From: an uncultured Clostridia bacterium
GTDB taxonomy: Bacteria > Bacillota > Clostridia > Peptostreptococcales > Anaerovoracaceae
Assembly: GCA_947426455.1 (NCBI GenBank)
Contig: CANEEC010000002.1
Coordinates: 15,430-79,429, forward strand
DNA length: 64,000 bases
Reading direction: 5' to 3'
How positions within the stretch are numbered: the stretch's first letter is position 1; each line of letters begins with the position of its first letter. Below are positions 30,425 through 40,317 of this stretch, one piece after another. Both the position numbers and the translations under genes were made by a program. The notes beneath the pieces were generated by a model that did not search any database, was not told the DNA's origin, and saw only the letters and a program-made list of their open reading frames with translations.

Positions 30425-31150
30425 TCACTGCAATTGTTGTTGCTTCGCTTCTATTTTGATGATGTTGCCGTCCTGAATCGTCACCACTTTGTCCGCATAT
30501 TCCGCAATGCTTCTGTCATGGGTCACCAGAATCAGCGTTTGCCCGTGTTTCCTGACCTGATCTACGATCAGCGTCATAACCTCTCGGGTGGTGTTGGTAT
30601 CCAGATTTCCCGTTGGCTCGTCGGCAAAGATGATCTTTGGCGTTCCCACAAGTGCCCTGGCAATTCCCACTCGCTGCTGCTGTCCGCCGGACATCTGGGT
30701 AGGCTTTCGTTTTTCATATCCCTTAAGTCCTACGGCTTTCATCATTTCTCTGGCCTTTTTTTCTCTCTCCTTGTGATCCACGCCCCGAAAGATCAGCGGC
30801 AGACTGACATTTTCCAGCGCGGTGAGCATAGGAAGCAAATGATAAGCCTGAAAGATGAACCCGATGTTTTTCTGGCGAAACAGTGTCACACGCTCTTCGT
30901 TCAGCTTATGAATGGGAATGTCCCCGATGAAGATTTCTCCCTTGGTAGGCTTTTCCAATCCGGCCACCATGTTTAAAAACGTGGATTTACCGGAACCGGA
31001 CGTCCCCAGAAAGCAGACGATCTCCCCCTTGTAAATGGATAAGCTGACGTCGTTCAGAGCAACCACCTTTTCCTCGCCCATGCGATAGACCTTTCGCACG
31101 TGTTCGACGCGAATCAGGGGTTTTGCCTGCGCGGCTGTCTCTTGTTTCAT
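30425..31150 (-). CDS. ABC transporter ATP-binding protein (MacB/LolD-type)
   Basis: Walker A is GTSGSGKST, the signature is MSGGQQQRV, and Walker B is [12 protein letters not shown]. Confidence 0.93.
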   Translation of the reverse strand: MKQETAAQAKPLIRVEHVRKVYRMGEEKVVALNDVSLSIYKGEIVCFLGTSGSGKSTFLNMVAGLEKPTKGEIFIGDIPIHKLNEERVTLFRQKNIGFIFQAYHLLPMLTALENVSLPLIFRGVDHKEREKKAREMMKAVGLKGYEKRKPTQMSGGQQQRVGIARALVGTPKIIFADEPTGNLDTNTTREVMTLIVDQVRKHGQTLILVTHDRSIAEYADKVVTIQDGNIIKIEAKQQQLQ

Positions 31151-31222
31151 AGCTTTCCCCTTCTGATACTTCTTTTACGATAACGTCATATGACATGAGC
31201 CAAAACCCCGGCTCACTGTTTT

Positions 31223-31251
31223 ATTATACTTCACAGTGTCACAAGGTACAA
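31223..31251 (-). promoter_or_regulatory. sigma-A-like promoter of the ABC / surface-protein operon
   Basis: The minus strand reads TTGTAC, a 17-nt spacer, then TATAAT. Confidence 0.45.
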
Positions 31252-31337
31252 TGCCGTAAGACACAAATGAAATAAAATCTTCGATTTTTAGACGCGGTTC
31301 CCCTGGGAAAAGTTTCATTCTTCAATCATTTTTTACA

Positions 31338-31369
31338 TAAAAAAGTCCGGATTTTTTCCGGACTTTTTC
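31338..31369 (-). terminator. terminator after tyrS (bidirectional hairpin)
   Basis: AAAGTCCGGA-TTTTT-TCCGGACTTT is flanked by A- and T-runs. Confidence 0.8.
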
Positions 31370-31400
31370 GCTCGTGTTTCTCTTATTTTTTATATTCCGA

Positions 31401-32702
31401 TCACTTCAGCTGCACTTTATGGAAGGTCTTTTTTCCCTTCTTGATGAGGATCGCGCCGTCCTTGAAGGTGTCCAGCGTAATCTTCATCTTCGCGTCAGTT
31501 ACTTTCACGTCGTCGATGGACAGGCCGCCCTGCTCAATGGTGCGGAAACCCTCTCCGTTGGAGGGAACCAGTTTCAGTTCCTTAATCAGCGAAACCACGC
31601 CCATGCCTTCGCCCTCAAAGCGGCTTTTCTCCATGACGGTGGTGGGAACGTCAGCCATGCTGCCGCCGCCGGCAAACAATGCCCGAGCCGCGGACTGCGC
31701 TTTCTCCGCCTCCGCCTCGCCGTGAACCAGTTTAGTCACTTCGTAGGCCAGAATTTCCTTCGCCTTGTTGATCTCCGCATCTTTTAACGCCGATAGGCGA
31801 TTGACCTCGTCCATGGGCAGAAACGTCAGCATCCGCAGGCATTTATTCACGTCAGCATCCTCTACGTTTCTCCAATATTGATAAAATTCATAGGGAGAGG
31901 TTTTGGCAGCATCCAGCCACAAGGCGCCCTTCTGGGTCTTGCCCATTTTCTTTCCTTCGCTGGTGGTCAGCAGGGAGAAGGTCATGCCGTACACCTGCTT
32001 TTGCAGCTCCCGTCTGGTCAGGTCGACGCCGCCTAAAATGTTAGACCACTGGTCGTTGCCGCCAAACTCCATCTTGCAGTCCAGGTCTCTGGCCATGACC
32101 ATGAAGTCGTAAGACTGCATCAGCATGTAGTTGAACTCCAGGAAGGACAGCCCCTTTTCCAAGCGCTGCTTGAAGCACTCTGCCCGCAGCATGTTGTTCA
32201 CAGAGAAGTGACGGCCGATGTCGCGGATGAAATCCACGTACTTCTGAGGCAGAAGCCAGGTGGCGTTGTTGACGCAGATGGCCTTTCCGGCTTCCGGTTC
32301 CTTGTTGGCGCCGCTGCCGTCGTATTTGAATTCATCGTCGAAGTCGATGAACTTGTCGAACAGTTTCTTGAACTGGTCGCAGTTGTGCTGAATAGTCTCC
32401 GGCGTCATCATCTGGCGCATGTCGGTACGGCCGGAGGGGTCGCCCACCATGCCGGTGCCGCCGCCGATGAGAACGATGGGAGTGTGGCCGAACTTCTGCA
32501 TCCACATCATGATGATGACCTGCATGAAGTGACCTACGTGAAGACAATCCGCCGTGGGATCAAAGCCGATGTAAAATTTGACTTTTTCCTTTCCCAACAT
32601 TTCGCGAATTTCTTCATCGTGGGTGGTCTGTTCGATAAATCCTCTCTCCTTCAATACATCGTACACATTGGTGTATTGGCTTACATTATCGGGAATAAAC
32701 AT
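31401..32702 (-). CDS. tyrS: tyrosine--tRNA ligase
   Basis: [15 protein letters not shown] is the HIGH motif and KMGKT is the KMSKS motif. There is a C-terminal S4-like domain. Confidence 0.93.
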   Translation of the reverse strand: MFIPDNVSQYTNVYDVLKERGFIEQTTHDEEIREMLGKEKVKFYIGFDPTADCLHVGHFMQVIIMMWMQKFGHTPIVLIGGGTGMVGDPSGRTDMRQMMTPETIQHNCDQFKKLFDKFIDFDDEFKYDGSGANKEPEAGKAICVNNATWLLPQKYVDFIRDIGRHFSVNNMLRAECFKQRLEKGLSFLEFNYMLMQSYDFMVMARDLDCKMEFGGNDQWSNILGGVDLTRRELQKQVYGMTFSLLTTSEGKKMGKTQKGALWLDAAKTSPYEFYQYWRNVEDADVNKCLRMLTFLPMDEVNRLSALKDAEINKAKEILAYEVTKLVHGEAEAEKAQSAARALFAGGGSMADVPTTVMEKSRFEGEGMGVVSLIKELKLVPSNGEGFRTIEQGGLSIDDVKVTDAKMKITLDTFKDGAILIKKGKKTFHKVQLK

Positions 32703-32720
32703 GTATGTTACCTCTTTTCG

Positions 32721-33152
32721 TTACATTTCGTCGAGCATATCCACGCGGCGCTGATGGCGGCCGCCCTCAAATTCGGTTTCCAGCCAGATATCCACCAGCT
32801 TGATGGCGTAAGCGGTTTCCAGCACCCGACCGCCCAGAGCAATGATATTGGCGTCGTTGTGGCGTTTGGTCATCTCCGCCATGAATTCGTTGGTGATTAC
32901 CGCGGCGCGAACGCCCTTCACTTTATTGGCCGCAATAGAGATGCCGATGCCCGTTCCACAGCAGACGATACCGCGCTGCGCCTCGCCCGAGGCAACCGCT
33001 TCGCCGCAGGCCTTGCCGTACTGGGGATAATCCACCGATTCTTCGGAATGGGTTCCCAGATCCAGAATTTCATATCCTTTTTCATTTAAATGCGCCTTAA
33101 TGGCTTCCTTCAGCGCAAAACCGCCGTGATCGCTGGCTAATGCAATTTTCAT
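32721..33152 (-). CDS. rpiB: ribose-5-phosphate isomerase B
   Basis: MKIALASDHGGFALKEAIKAHL...GIVCCGTGIGISIAANK matches the family. Confidence 0.93.
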   Translation of the reverse strand: MKIALASDHGGFALKEAIKAHLNEKGYEILDLGTHSEESVDYPQYGKACGEAVASGEAQRGIVCCGTGIGISIAANKVKGVRAAVITNEFMAEMTKRHNDANIIALGGRVLETAYAIKLVDIWLETEFEGGRHQRRVDMLDEM

Positions 33153-33161
33153 ACTTTCCTC

Positions 33162-34265
33162 CTACACTGTTACAACGTGATATCCCGCGGATTTTAACAT
33201 GCGGTTCATAATGGCAAAACCCACGGAATCCGAAGCCTCCACGGCGCTTGCCACGATGAAATCCACACCTTCTTCATCGCAGCGCCGCAGTTCGGAAAAC
33301 AGAGTCTTTGCTGCCGCCGCCAAATCCTCATCGGAAAACAGCAGCATGGCCACCTTTTTCCCTCGGGTTTCCTGCTCTTGGGCAAGCCGCTTCGCTTCCC
33401 GATGCACCGCCTCCTGACTGCCCTGAAGAATCACCATTTCCGCCTTGGGGGCATAATGCCTGTATTTCATTCCGGGCGCTTTTGGAGCGGGTCCCACGCA
33501 GTCCTCTAAAAGACGTATCTCCGGCTGTTCATCCCTCCCTGCGGACACATCCCGCGGGCGGTTCACAAACAGCGCCGGATCCATTTCCACTCTGCCGCCA
33601 ATGACCGCTCCAATCTCCTCCGGCGTCACCCAGCCGGGCCGCAGCACCGTGGGGATTTCCTCTGTCAAATCCAATACGGTAGACTCGATTCCCACCCGGC
33701 TTTCTCCCGATTGCAGGATGGCGTCGATGCGTCCGCTCAGATCGTTATATACGTGTTCCCAGCTGGTGGGACTGGGACTTCCCGACAAATTGGCGCTGGG
33801 GCCGGCGATGCACAGGCCGCTCTCCCGAATCAGAGCCAGGGTCACCGGATCGTCCGGCATCCTCACAGCCACCGTGGATAAGCCGCCGGTGGTGCCGTTG
33901 GGAACCGCTTCTTTCTTTTTAAAAATCATAGTCAGCGGCCCCGGCCAAAAAGCATCCATCAGCTTTTCCGCCGTTTCCGAAACGCAGCCGGTCAGCTGCG
34001 TCAGTTGATCTCTTTGCGCAATGTGAACGATGAGAGGGTTGTCCGAGGGGCGACCCTTTGCCGCGTAAATAGCCGCTGCCGCCGCCGGATTCAATGCGTC
34101 GCCGCCCAGGCCGTAAACCGTCTCCGTGGGAAAGGCAACCAATCCGCCCCGCTTCAGGATGTCCGCAGCTTCGCCGATGGCCGCCGCTGCGCGCTTTCGC
34201 ATCGCCTGCATTTCCTCCAAAGACCCCTCCCGGGGCAGTCTGGCATCCAGCAGTTTGGTTTTCAT
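33162..34265 (-). CDS. tsaC: L-threonylcarbamoyladenylate synthase, long form (TsaC/YwlC plus Sua5 C-terminal domain)
   Basis: GGLVAFPTETVYGLGGDA, KGRPSDNPLIVH, and the C-terminal Sua5 domain are present. Confidence 0.88.
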   Translation of the reverse strand: MKTKLLDARLPREGSLEEMQAMRKRAAAAIGEAADILKRGGLVAFPTETVYGLGGDALNPAAAAAIYAAKGRPSDNPLIVHIAQRDQLTQLTGCVSETAEKLMDAFWPGPLTMIFKKKEAVPNGTTGGLSTVAVRMPDDPVTLALIRESGLCIAGPSANLSGSPSPTSWEHVYNDLSGRIDAILQSGESRVGIESTVLDLTEEIPTVLRPGWVTPEEIGAVIGGRVEMDPALFVNRPRDVSAGRDEQPEIRLLEDCVGPAPKAPGMKYRHYAPKAEMVILQGSQEAVHREAKRLAQEQETRGKKVAMLLFSDEDLAAAAKTLFSELRRCDEEGVDFIVASAVEASDSVGFAIMNRMLKSAGYHVVTV

Positions 34266-34304
34266 TGATTTTCTCCTTATATCGGCGCATGACGCCGCTA
34301 TTGA

Positions 34305-35372
34305 CTAAAAGTTCTTCATTTTTTCCGCCTGCTCCGCCGTAATCAGCGCATCCACGATTTCATCGATCTCGCCGTCTAAAAAGCTGTCCAGCTTGTAGAT
34401 GGTCATGCCGATTCTGTGGTCGGACACGCGCCCCTGAGGGAAGTTATAGGTACGGATGCGTTCGCTTCGGTCGCCGCTTCCCACCTGGCTCTGGCGGTCA
34501 GCCGCCTGTTTATCGTGCTGTTCTTTCAGCTTCATGTCATACAGACGGGAACGCAGAACCTTAAAGGCTTTATCCTTATTTTTAATCTGGGATTTTTCAT
34601 CCTGGCACGTCACCACCAGTCCGGTGGGGATGTGAGTCAGACGAACGGCGGAGTCGGTGGTGTTGACGCACTGTCCGCCGTTTCCGGAGGAACGGTACAC
34701 ATCCACCCGCACGTCGTTGGGGTTGATTTCCACTTCTACGTCGTCCACCTCAGGCAGTACCGCAACGGTGGCCGCGGAGGTGTGAATACGCCCGCTGGAT
34801 TCGGTTTCCGGAACCCGCTGCACCCGGTGAACGCCGCTTTCAAATTTCAGACGGGAATAGGCTCCCCTTCCTTTTATCATCACAACGGCTTCTTTGACGC
34901 CGCCGATACCGGTATCGTTCATGTCCATGATTTCCGTCTTCCAGCCGCGGCGCTCCGCATATCTGGTATACATGCGCAGCAGATCGGCGCCGAACAGCGC
35001 CGCTTCATCGCCGCCGGTTCCGGCTCTGACCTCCAAAATGACGTTTCGCTCATCGTTGGGGTCTTTGGGAATCAAAAGCACCTTCAATTCCTGCGCGCAG
35101 CCTTCGATTTTATCTTCCAGCTCGGCGATTTCCATCTTCGCCATCTCTTTTAAATCTTCGTCGGAGCCGCTTTCCGCCAGCAGCTCTTTGGCACCCGCCA
35201 AATCCTCGGAAGCCTTTTTATACTCTCTGTATTTGTTGACGATGGGTTCCATTTCCCCCATCTCTTTGATGTGCTTTTGCCAGACGGTTTGGTTACTGAT
35301 CACCTCGGGATCGGATACCTTCAGGCTCAGCTCTTCGTACTTTTCCAAAATAAAGTCTAATTTGCCAAACAT
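34305..35372 (-). CDS. prfA: peptide chain release factor 1
   Basis: The N-terminus is [15 protein letters not shown]. It has the PET (PxT) tripeptide RVPETES and the GGQ motif [11 protein letters not shown]. Confidence 0.95.
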   Translation of the reverse strand: MFGKLDFILEKYEELSLKVSDPEVISNQTVWQKHIKEMGEMEPIVNKYREYKKASEDLAGAKELLAESGSDEDLKEMAKMEIAELEDKIEGCAQELKVLLIPKDPNDERNVILEVRAGTGGDEAALFGADLLRMYTRYAERRGWKTEIMDMNDTGIGGVKEAVVMIKGRGAYSRLKFESGVHRVQRVPETESSGRIHTSAATVAVLPEVDDVEVEINPNDVRVDVYRSSGNGGQCVNTTDSAVRLTHIPTGLVVTCQDEKSQIKNKDKAFKVLRSRLYDMKLKEQHDKQAADRQSQVGSGDRSERIRTYNFPQGRVSDHRIGMTIYKLDSFLDGEIDEIVDALITAEQAEKMKNF

Positions 35373-35486
35373 CGCTCGTTTTCTCCTGTCACACATAAAA
35401 AATGATACATCTATCTTAAAAATTTATTATATCATGATTCAACCCGAAAAAAAACCGGAAATTTACATTTCCGGTCTCTTTCATCC

Positions 35487-35696
35487 TTACTCCATATTGA
35501 ACTTTTTCTTGAACTTTTCAACGCGGCCGCCGCGATTGATGAATTTCTGCTGACCTGTAAAGAACGGGTGGCAGGCAGAGCAAACGTCCAATCTCATTTC
35601 TTCTTTGGTGGATTTCGTAACGAAAGTATTTCCGCAAGCGCAAGTTACCTTACATTCCACATACTTAGGATGGATGTCCTGTTTCATATTTTTCAC
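35487..35696 (-). CDS. rpmE: 50S ribosomal protein L31 (zinc-binding type A)
   Basis: 69 aa: MKQDIHPKY...CACGN...[10 protein letters not shown]. Confidence 0.95.
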   Translation of the reverse strand: MKNMKQDIHPKYVECKVTCACGNTFVTKSTKEEMRLDVCSACHPFFTGQQKFINRGGRVEKFKKKFNME

Positions 35697-36019
35697 CTTC
35701 TTTCCTTTTGGTAATGTGTATGTCGATTCCCCGGGACTGAATCACCGCGGGATCTTTGGGCAAATTTTTCATAAAACATGCTATTCAATAATAGCACAAT
35801 CACTTTCTTACCGCAAGTTCTTTTTTTGTTTTTGTCCGGTCTTTTTGGGAATTGGCACAAATTGGCGTAAAATCAGCGCAAATTTGCTCTAATAAATTAT
35901 TTTGATGATTTAATCCAAACAATGTATTTTATTTTTTGAAGAAAATGCAGTATGATAAAAAGAAAGAATTGTCTATGGTTATCAATGGTATTTATGAATA
36001 TAAACAGGAGGACAAACCA

Positions 36020-37192
36020 ATGAACATTCAGGAAGCATCTTTAAAGTTCCACGAACAGCTGCGCGGTAAGATCGAAGTCAAGGGAAAGGCTCCGGTGAAA
36101 AACGCCGACGACCTGTCTTTGGCCTACACCCCCGGCGTGGCCGAACCCTGCCGCCACATCGCAAAGAATAAAGACGACGTTTACAAGTATACCGGCAAAG
36201 GCAACATGGTTGCCGTGGTCACCGACGGTTCCGCCGTCTTAGGCCTAGGCAACATCGGTCCCGAAGCCGGCATGCCGGTCATGGAAGGAAAATGCGTTCT
36301 GTTCAAAGAATTTGCGGGCGTTAACGCTTTTCCCATCTGCGTCGCTTCTCAGGACGTAGAGGATATCATCCACACCGTCAAGATGATCGCTCCCAGCTTC
36401 GGCGGAATCAATTTGGAGGACATCGGTTCCCCCCGCTGCGCGGAAGTGGAGCGCCGCCTGAAAAAAGAACTGGATATTCCCGTATTCCACGACGACCAGC
36501 ACGGAACCGCCATCGTGGTCACCGCCGGCCTGATCAACGCTCTGCGGGTGGTGGGCAAGGAATGGAAGGACGTTACCGTGGCCATGAGCGGCGCGGGAGC
36601 CGCCGGTTCTGCCATCGCCAGAATGCTTTTGAACATGGGCGTAAAAGACATCTTCTGCTGCTCCAGCAAGGGCATCTTAAACCGCAAGGAAACCTATTCT
36701 AACTGGGTACACCAGGAAATCGCCGAGCTGACCAATAAGGAAGGCCGCACCGGCGGCATGGCGGAAGCCATCCGCGGAACGGACATCTTCGTAGGCGTAT
36801 CCGTCAAAGACGTGGTGACCAAAGAGATGGTGCAAACCATGGCGAGGGACGCCATCGTCATCCCCATGGCCAACCCCGATCCCGAAATTCAGCCGGATGT
36901 GGCAAAAGCCGCAGGCGCAAGAGTGGTAGGCACCGGCCGCTCCGACCATCCCAACCAGATCAACAACGTATTGGCATTTCCCGGCGTGTTCCGCGGCGCA
37001 TTGGACGCCAAGGCCAGCGACATCAACGAGGAAATGAAGGTGGCCGCCGCAAAAGCCATCGCTTCTCTGGTTTCCGACGAAGAGCTGTCTGAGGATTACA
37101 TCATCGTTCCGCCCTTTGACGCCCGCGTCGGCGAAACCGTAGCCAAAGCTGTCTACCAGGCAGCCATCGATAGCGGCGTAGCGCGGATTTAA
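36020..37192 (+). CDS. NAD(P)-dependent malic enzyme (short form)
   Basis: [28 protein letters not shown], and GGINLEDI match the family. The ATG at 36020 is preceded by AGGAGGA. Confidence 0.9.
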   Translation: MNIQEASLKFHEQLRGKIEVKGKAPVKNADDLSLAYTPGVAEPCRHIAKNKDDVYKYTGKGNMVAVVTDGSAVLGLGNIGPEAGMPVMEGKCVLFKEFAGVNAFPICVASQDVEDIIHTVKMIAPSFGGINLEDIGSPRCAEVERRLKKELDIPVFHDDQHGTAIVVTAGLINALRVVGKEWKDVTVAMSGAGAAGSAIARMLLNMGVKDIFCCSSKGILNRKETYSNWVHQEIAELTNKEGRTGGMAEAIRGTDIFVGVSVKDVVTKEMVQTMARDAIVIPMANPDPEIQPDVAKAAGARVVGTGRSDHPNQINNVLAFPGVFRGALDAKASDINEEMKVAAAKAIASLVSDEELSEDYIIVPPFDARVGETVAKAVYQAAIDSGVARI

Positions 37193-37303
37193 CGGATTTG
37201 GCGGATTTGGCGGCGCAATCCCCGCTTGCAGGACTGCCGCAGTGTTGAATGTAATGCGCATTTTCTATGCGCTGCTTGCTCCGTCACAACAAACACGTTC
37301 CAA

Positions 37304-37360
37304 CAAAAAAGGGCATTGCTCATCATTGGAATCGATGATCTGGCAACGCCCTTTTATTTT
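37304..37360. terminator. bidirectional terminator between the malic enzyme gene and the Ltp-like gene
   Basis: GGGCATTGC...GCAACGCCC is flanked by A6 and T-runs. Confidence 0.6.
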
Positions 37361-37375
37361 TGCTTTTCTTTTCTT

Positions 37376-37969
37376 TTATTCCAAATGGTCGATGGCATAC
37401 TGCGCTTCTTCTGCTGTAAATTTCTCTCCGTATTCAGAAGTTAGCTGGTCATAAATTGCCGACGGCGACATACTCATCATATCCTGATAGACTTTTGCTT
37501 TTTCCAGTGCATTGGCGTTCCAATCTGCCTCGAGATGTTCCATCGCGTACTGTGCGGCTTCTGCGCTGAATTTTTCACCGTATTCGGAAGTTAGCTGATC
37601 ATAAATCCCAGCTTTGGACATATGCATATCATCACTATAAATCTTGGCTTTACGGAGAGCAGATTTGTACTCAGCAGGAATTGACGCGTCATTCTTCGAG
37701 CTATCTGTATTTTCTGCATTGGTATCGCTTCCTTGAGTGGTTTCGGTGGAAACAGAAGTATTGAGGTCGCTATTAGAATTGCCGCTCTCATCGCTGCCGC
37801 CATTACCACCGATCGCGCCAATAACTATAATGATAATTAAAATAATAAACCATGCCCTTTGATAAAAAGGTTTCTTATTCTTCGCTCCGCAAGATGGACA
37901 TATCTTTGCCTTTGCTGATATCGAAGCGTTACAATTCTTGCATACCGTCATTTTAGGAGTTTTGGACAT
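37376..37969 (-). CDS. zinc-ribbon, TM and 2x Ltp-repeat (host cell surface-exposed lipoprotein family) protein
   Basis: The N-terminus has CKNC...CPSC, followed by the TM segment WFIILIIIIVIGAIG. Two repeats follow with A.KA.[IV]Y...M.MS..[GA]IYDQLTSEYGEKF[ST]AE.AQYA[MI].HLE. Confidence 0.7.
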   Translation of the reverse strand: MSKTPKMTVCKNCNASISAKAKICPSCGAKNKKPFYQRAWFIILIIIIVIGAIGGNGGSDESGNSNSDLNTSVSTETTQGSDTNAENTDSSKNDASIPAEYKSALRKAKIYSDDMHMSKAGIYDQLTSEYGEKFSAEAAQYAMEHLEADWNANALEKAKVYQDMMSMSPSAIYDQLTSEYGEKFTAEEAQYAIDHLE

Positions 37970-37996
37970 ATCATTTTCCTCTCTTTCTCTTTCGCG

Positions 37997-38980
37997 CTAC
38001 CTGCCTAAGATCTGTTTCTTTTCTTCATCAAATTCTTCCTGCGTTAAAATCCCCTCATCGAGCAGTGATTTCAATTCCCTTAATTGCTCTATTTTGCTTT
38101 TTTCAGCCTGTTTCGGCCGAGCAGAAATGTTTTGTATTCCCTGCGCCATCGTATTTCCCAATGCCACTCCCGCTCCTAATCCTGCCAACCCTCCCTTTTG
38201 CTTAGAAGCCTCCATCATAGCACGAGCCGTCTGATACTGCATAAAAGAGTCCATGTCCTGTTTGGCCATTCCTATGCCCGACTGTTCATCGATCAGTCTT
38301 TCCACTTCGTCCGGCAGGGAAACGTTTTCTACAAGGACATCGCTAAACTGAATGCCTATCGTCCGTGCCTGTTCATTGAGTTTTGCCTGTATCATACCAG
38401 AAAGCTTCCGGTATTCCGTAGCTAAATCAAGAACGGACATTGTTGTTTCTCCCACCGTTATGGAAAAAGCTTCCGTGACCATGGAAGACAGATAGTCAAC
38501 AATATCGTAGGTCATTACAATCCCTTTTGTCCCAAATATCTCTCTCATAAAAACAGGGACATCTGTGATCCGAAAAGCAAATTTTCCAAATGCCCGAATA
38601 CGAACCATGTTAAAATCGCTATCCCGCTTCATAATAGGATTTTTCGTCGCCCACTTATTGTCAATAAATTGCCTTGTACTTACAAAATACAGATCGGCGA
38701 TAACAGGAGAAACGAACAAATACGGAAATGCTTTTAAAGTAGAAAGTACCGGAAAATTTTCTGTTCTCAAAGAATAAGTCCCCGGCGGAAGTATATCTGC
38801 AAGTTGTCCGCCTTTCAGGAAAACCGCGCTCTGACTTTCTCTGACGATCACTTTTGACCCTTGCTTTAGTTCGTTATTTCCACTTTCCCTTTGAAATTTT
38901 GCAACAATCAACTTGTTATTCTTGTCCTCATATTCTATGACATCAAGAAATTGATCTTTTACCACATCAAGTAATCCCAT
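37997..38980 (-). CDS. SPFH-domain protein (YdjI/COG4260-like) with a C-terminal SHOCT domain
   Basis: MGLLDVVKDQFLDVIEYEDKNNKLIVAKF... is typical of the YdjI-like family. The C-terminal KIEQLRELKSLLDEGILTQEEFDEEKKQILGR is a SHOCT motif. The ATG at 38980 has an AGAGGAAG RBS. Confidence 0.7.
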   Translation of the reverse strand: MGLLDVVKDQFLDVIEYEDKNNKLIVAKFQRESGNNELKQGSKVIVRESQSAVFLKGGQLADILPPGTYSLRTENFPVLSTLKAFPYLFVSPVIADLYFVSTRQFIDNKWATKNPIMKRDSDFNMVRIRAFGKFAFRITDVPVFMREIFGTKGIVMTYDIVDYLSSMVTEAFSITVGETTMSVLDLATEYRKLSGMIQAKLNEQARTIGIQFSDVLVENVSLPDEVERLIDEQSGIGMAKQDMDSFMQYQTARAMMEASKQKGGLAGLGAGVALGNTMAQGIQNISARPKQAEKSKIEQLRELKSLLDEGILTQEEFDEEKKQILGR

Positions 38981-38993
38981 ATTCTTCCTCTTA

Positions 38994-39386
38994 TTACTGC
39001 CGTAAAGGCAATCCGAAGTCGTCTTCGAACGAACCCATTGCAATGAAAATGATATCAACAAGCCAACCGATACCACAGATACCTATCGTAAACAAATAGA
39101 GGATACCTGTGCCTATCTTCCCTACATAAAACCGATGCGCTCCTGCCCAGCCCAAAAAGATGCATAAAAGAAGCGCCGTAACTTTACTTTTCCTGCTGAT
39201 GCCTGGCATAACTCCCATGTTATTGATCGGCTGAGGGTTCATACTCATCTGTTGTACGGTTTGAAGCTGCTGCGAGACATCGTTTGTATATGCTGTCGGC
39301 TCGGGCTGTTTATTTGCAACATATCCGCAATAGCCGCAGCCTTCATTTTCCATCGGTGCTCCACACATCGGGCATTTTGTTTCCAT
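38994..39386 (-). CDS. zinc-ribbon plus TM2-domain membrane protein
   Basis: It has CPMCGAPMENEGCGYCGY. The TM2 signature is ALLLCIFLGWAGAHRFYVGKIGTGILYLFT..GIGWLVDIIFI. Confidence 0.75.
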   Translation of the reverse strand: METKCPMCGAPMENEGCGYCGYVANKQPEPTAYTNDVSQQLQTVQQMSMNPQPINNMGVMPGISRKSKVTALLLCIFLGWAGAHRFYVGKIGTGILYLFTIGICGIGWLVDIIFIAMGSFEDDFGLPLRQ

Positions 39387-39420
39387 ATCTGACCTTCCCT
39401 CCCATCAAATTTATTTATTA

Positions 39421-39561
39421 AAAGGTGTACCTTTGAAAACTTCAAACTATCTTGATTGGCGAGATGATTTTTTGCTAAAAAACCTTGAAATTTGCGATTT
39501 TTTGAAGTAAAATAAATTATGTATATACCATAGTGCCAAATTTGTAAAGGTACACCTTTGC
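39421..39561. mobile_element. candidate invertible DNA switch (inverton): 113-bp segment bounded by 14-bp inverted crossover-like sites
   Basis: AAAGGT-GT-ACCTTT is at 39421..39434 and AAAGGT-AC-ACCTTT is at 39548..39561. The switch is adjacent to a small serine recombinase gene. The left site lies only 34 nt upstream of the TM2 gene ATG. Confidence 0.55.
39485..39513 (+). promoter_or_regulatory. sigma-A-like promoter inside the invertible segment, currently facing away from the TM2/SPFH/Ltp operon
   Basis: TTGAAA (39485..39490), a 17-nt spacer, then TAAAAT (39508..39513). Confidence 0.5.
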
Positions 39562-39564
39562 AAA

Positions 39565-40283
<719 letters not shown>

Positions 40284-40317
40284 GTTTTATTTTCTCAACC
40301 TTATCCAGCAAATGTTA

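Noticed and set aside
28392-30476. A 694-aa ORF on the + strand, the longest ORF in that region.
   Set aside because: It is antisense to the well-supported CARDB-repeat surface protein and the ABC ATPase. Its composition is rich in R/H/G/S with no recognisable domain, TM pattern or RBS. This is a typical shadow ORF in GC-rich coding DNA.
32703-32720. An expected T-box leader upstream of tyrS.
   Set aside because: Only 18 nt separate tyrS from rpiB, so tyrS is co-transcribed with the upstream genes. There is no specifier or T-box sequence.
37190-37215. A short tandem repeat CGGATTT(AA/GG) x3 at the end of the malic enzyme gene.
   Set aside because: Only three imperfect 9-mers overlap the stop codon. 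It has no partner repeat at the other end of the AT-rich islet, so it is not convincing as an att site or island boundary.
39421-39561. An alternative reading of the paired 14-bp sites as a resolvase res site or a simple operator palindrome.
   Set aside because: I have not fully rejected this. A res site would normally have three adjacent subsites in direct arrangement next to the resolvase promoter. Here there are two identical dyads with opposite core polarity, which bracket a promoter and abut a promoterless operon. That fits an invertase switch better. I keep it as a caveat under the main finding.
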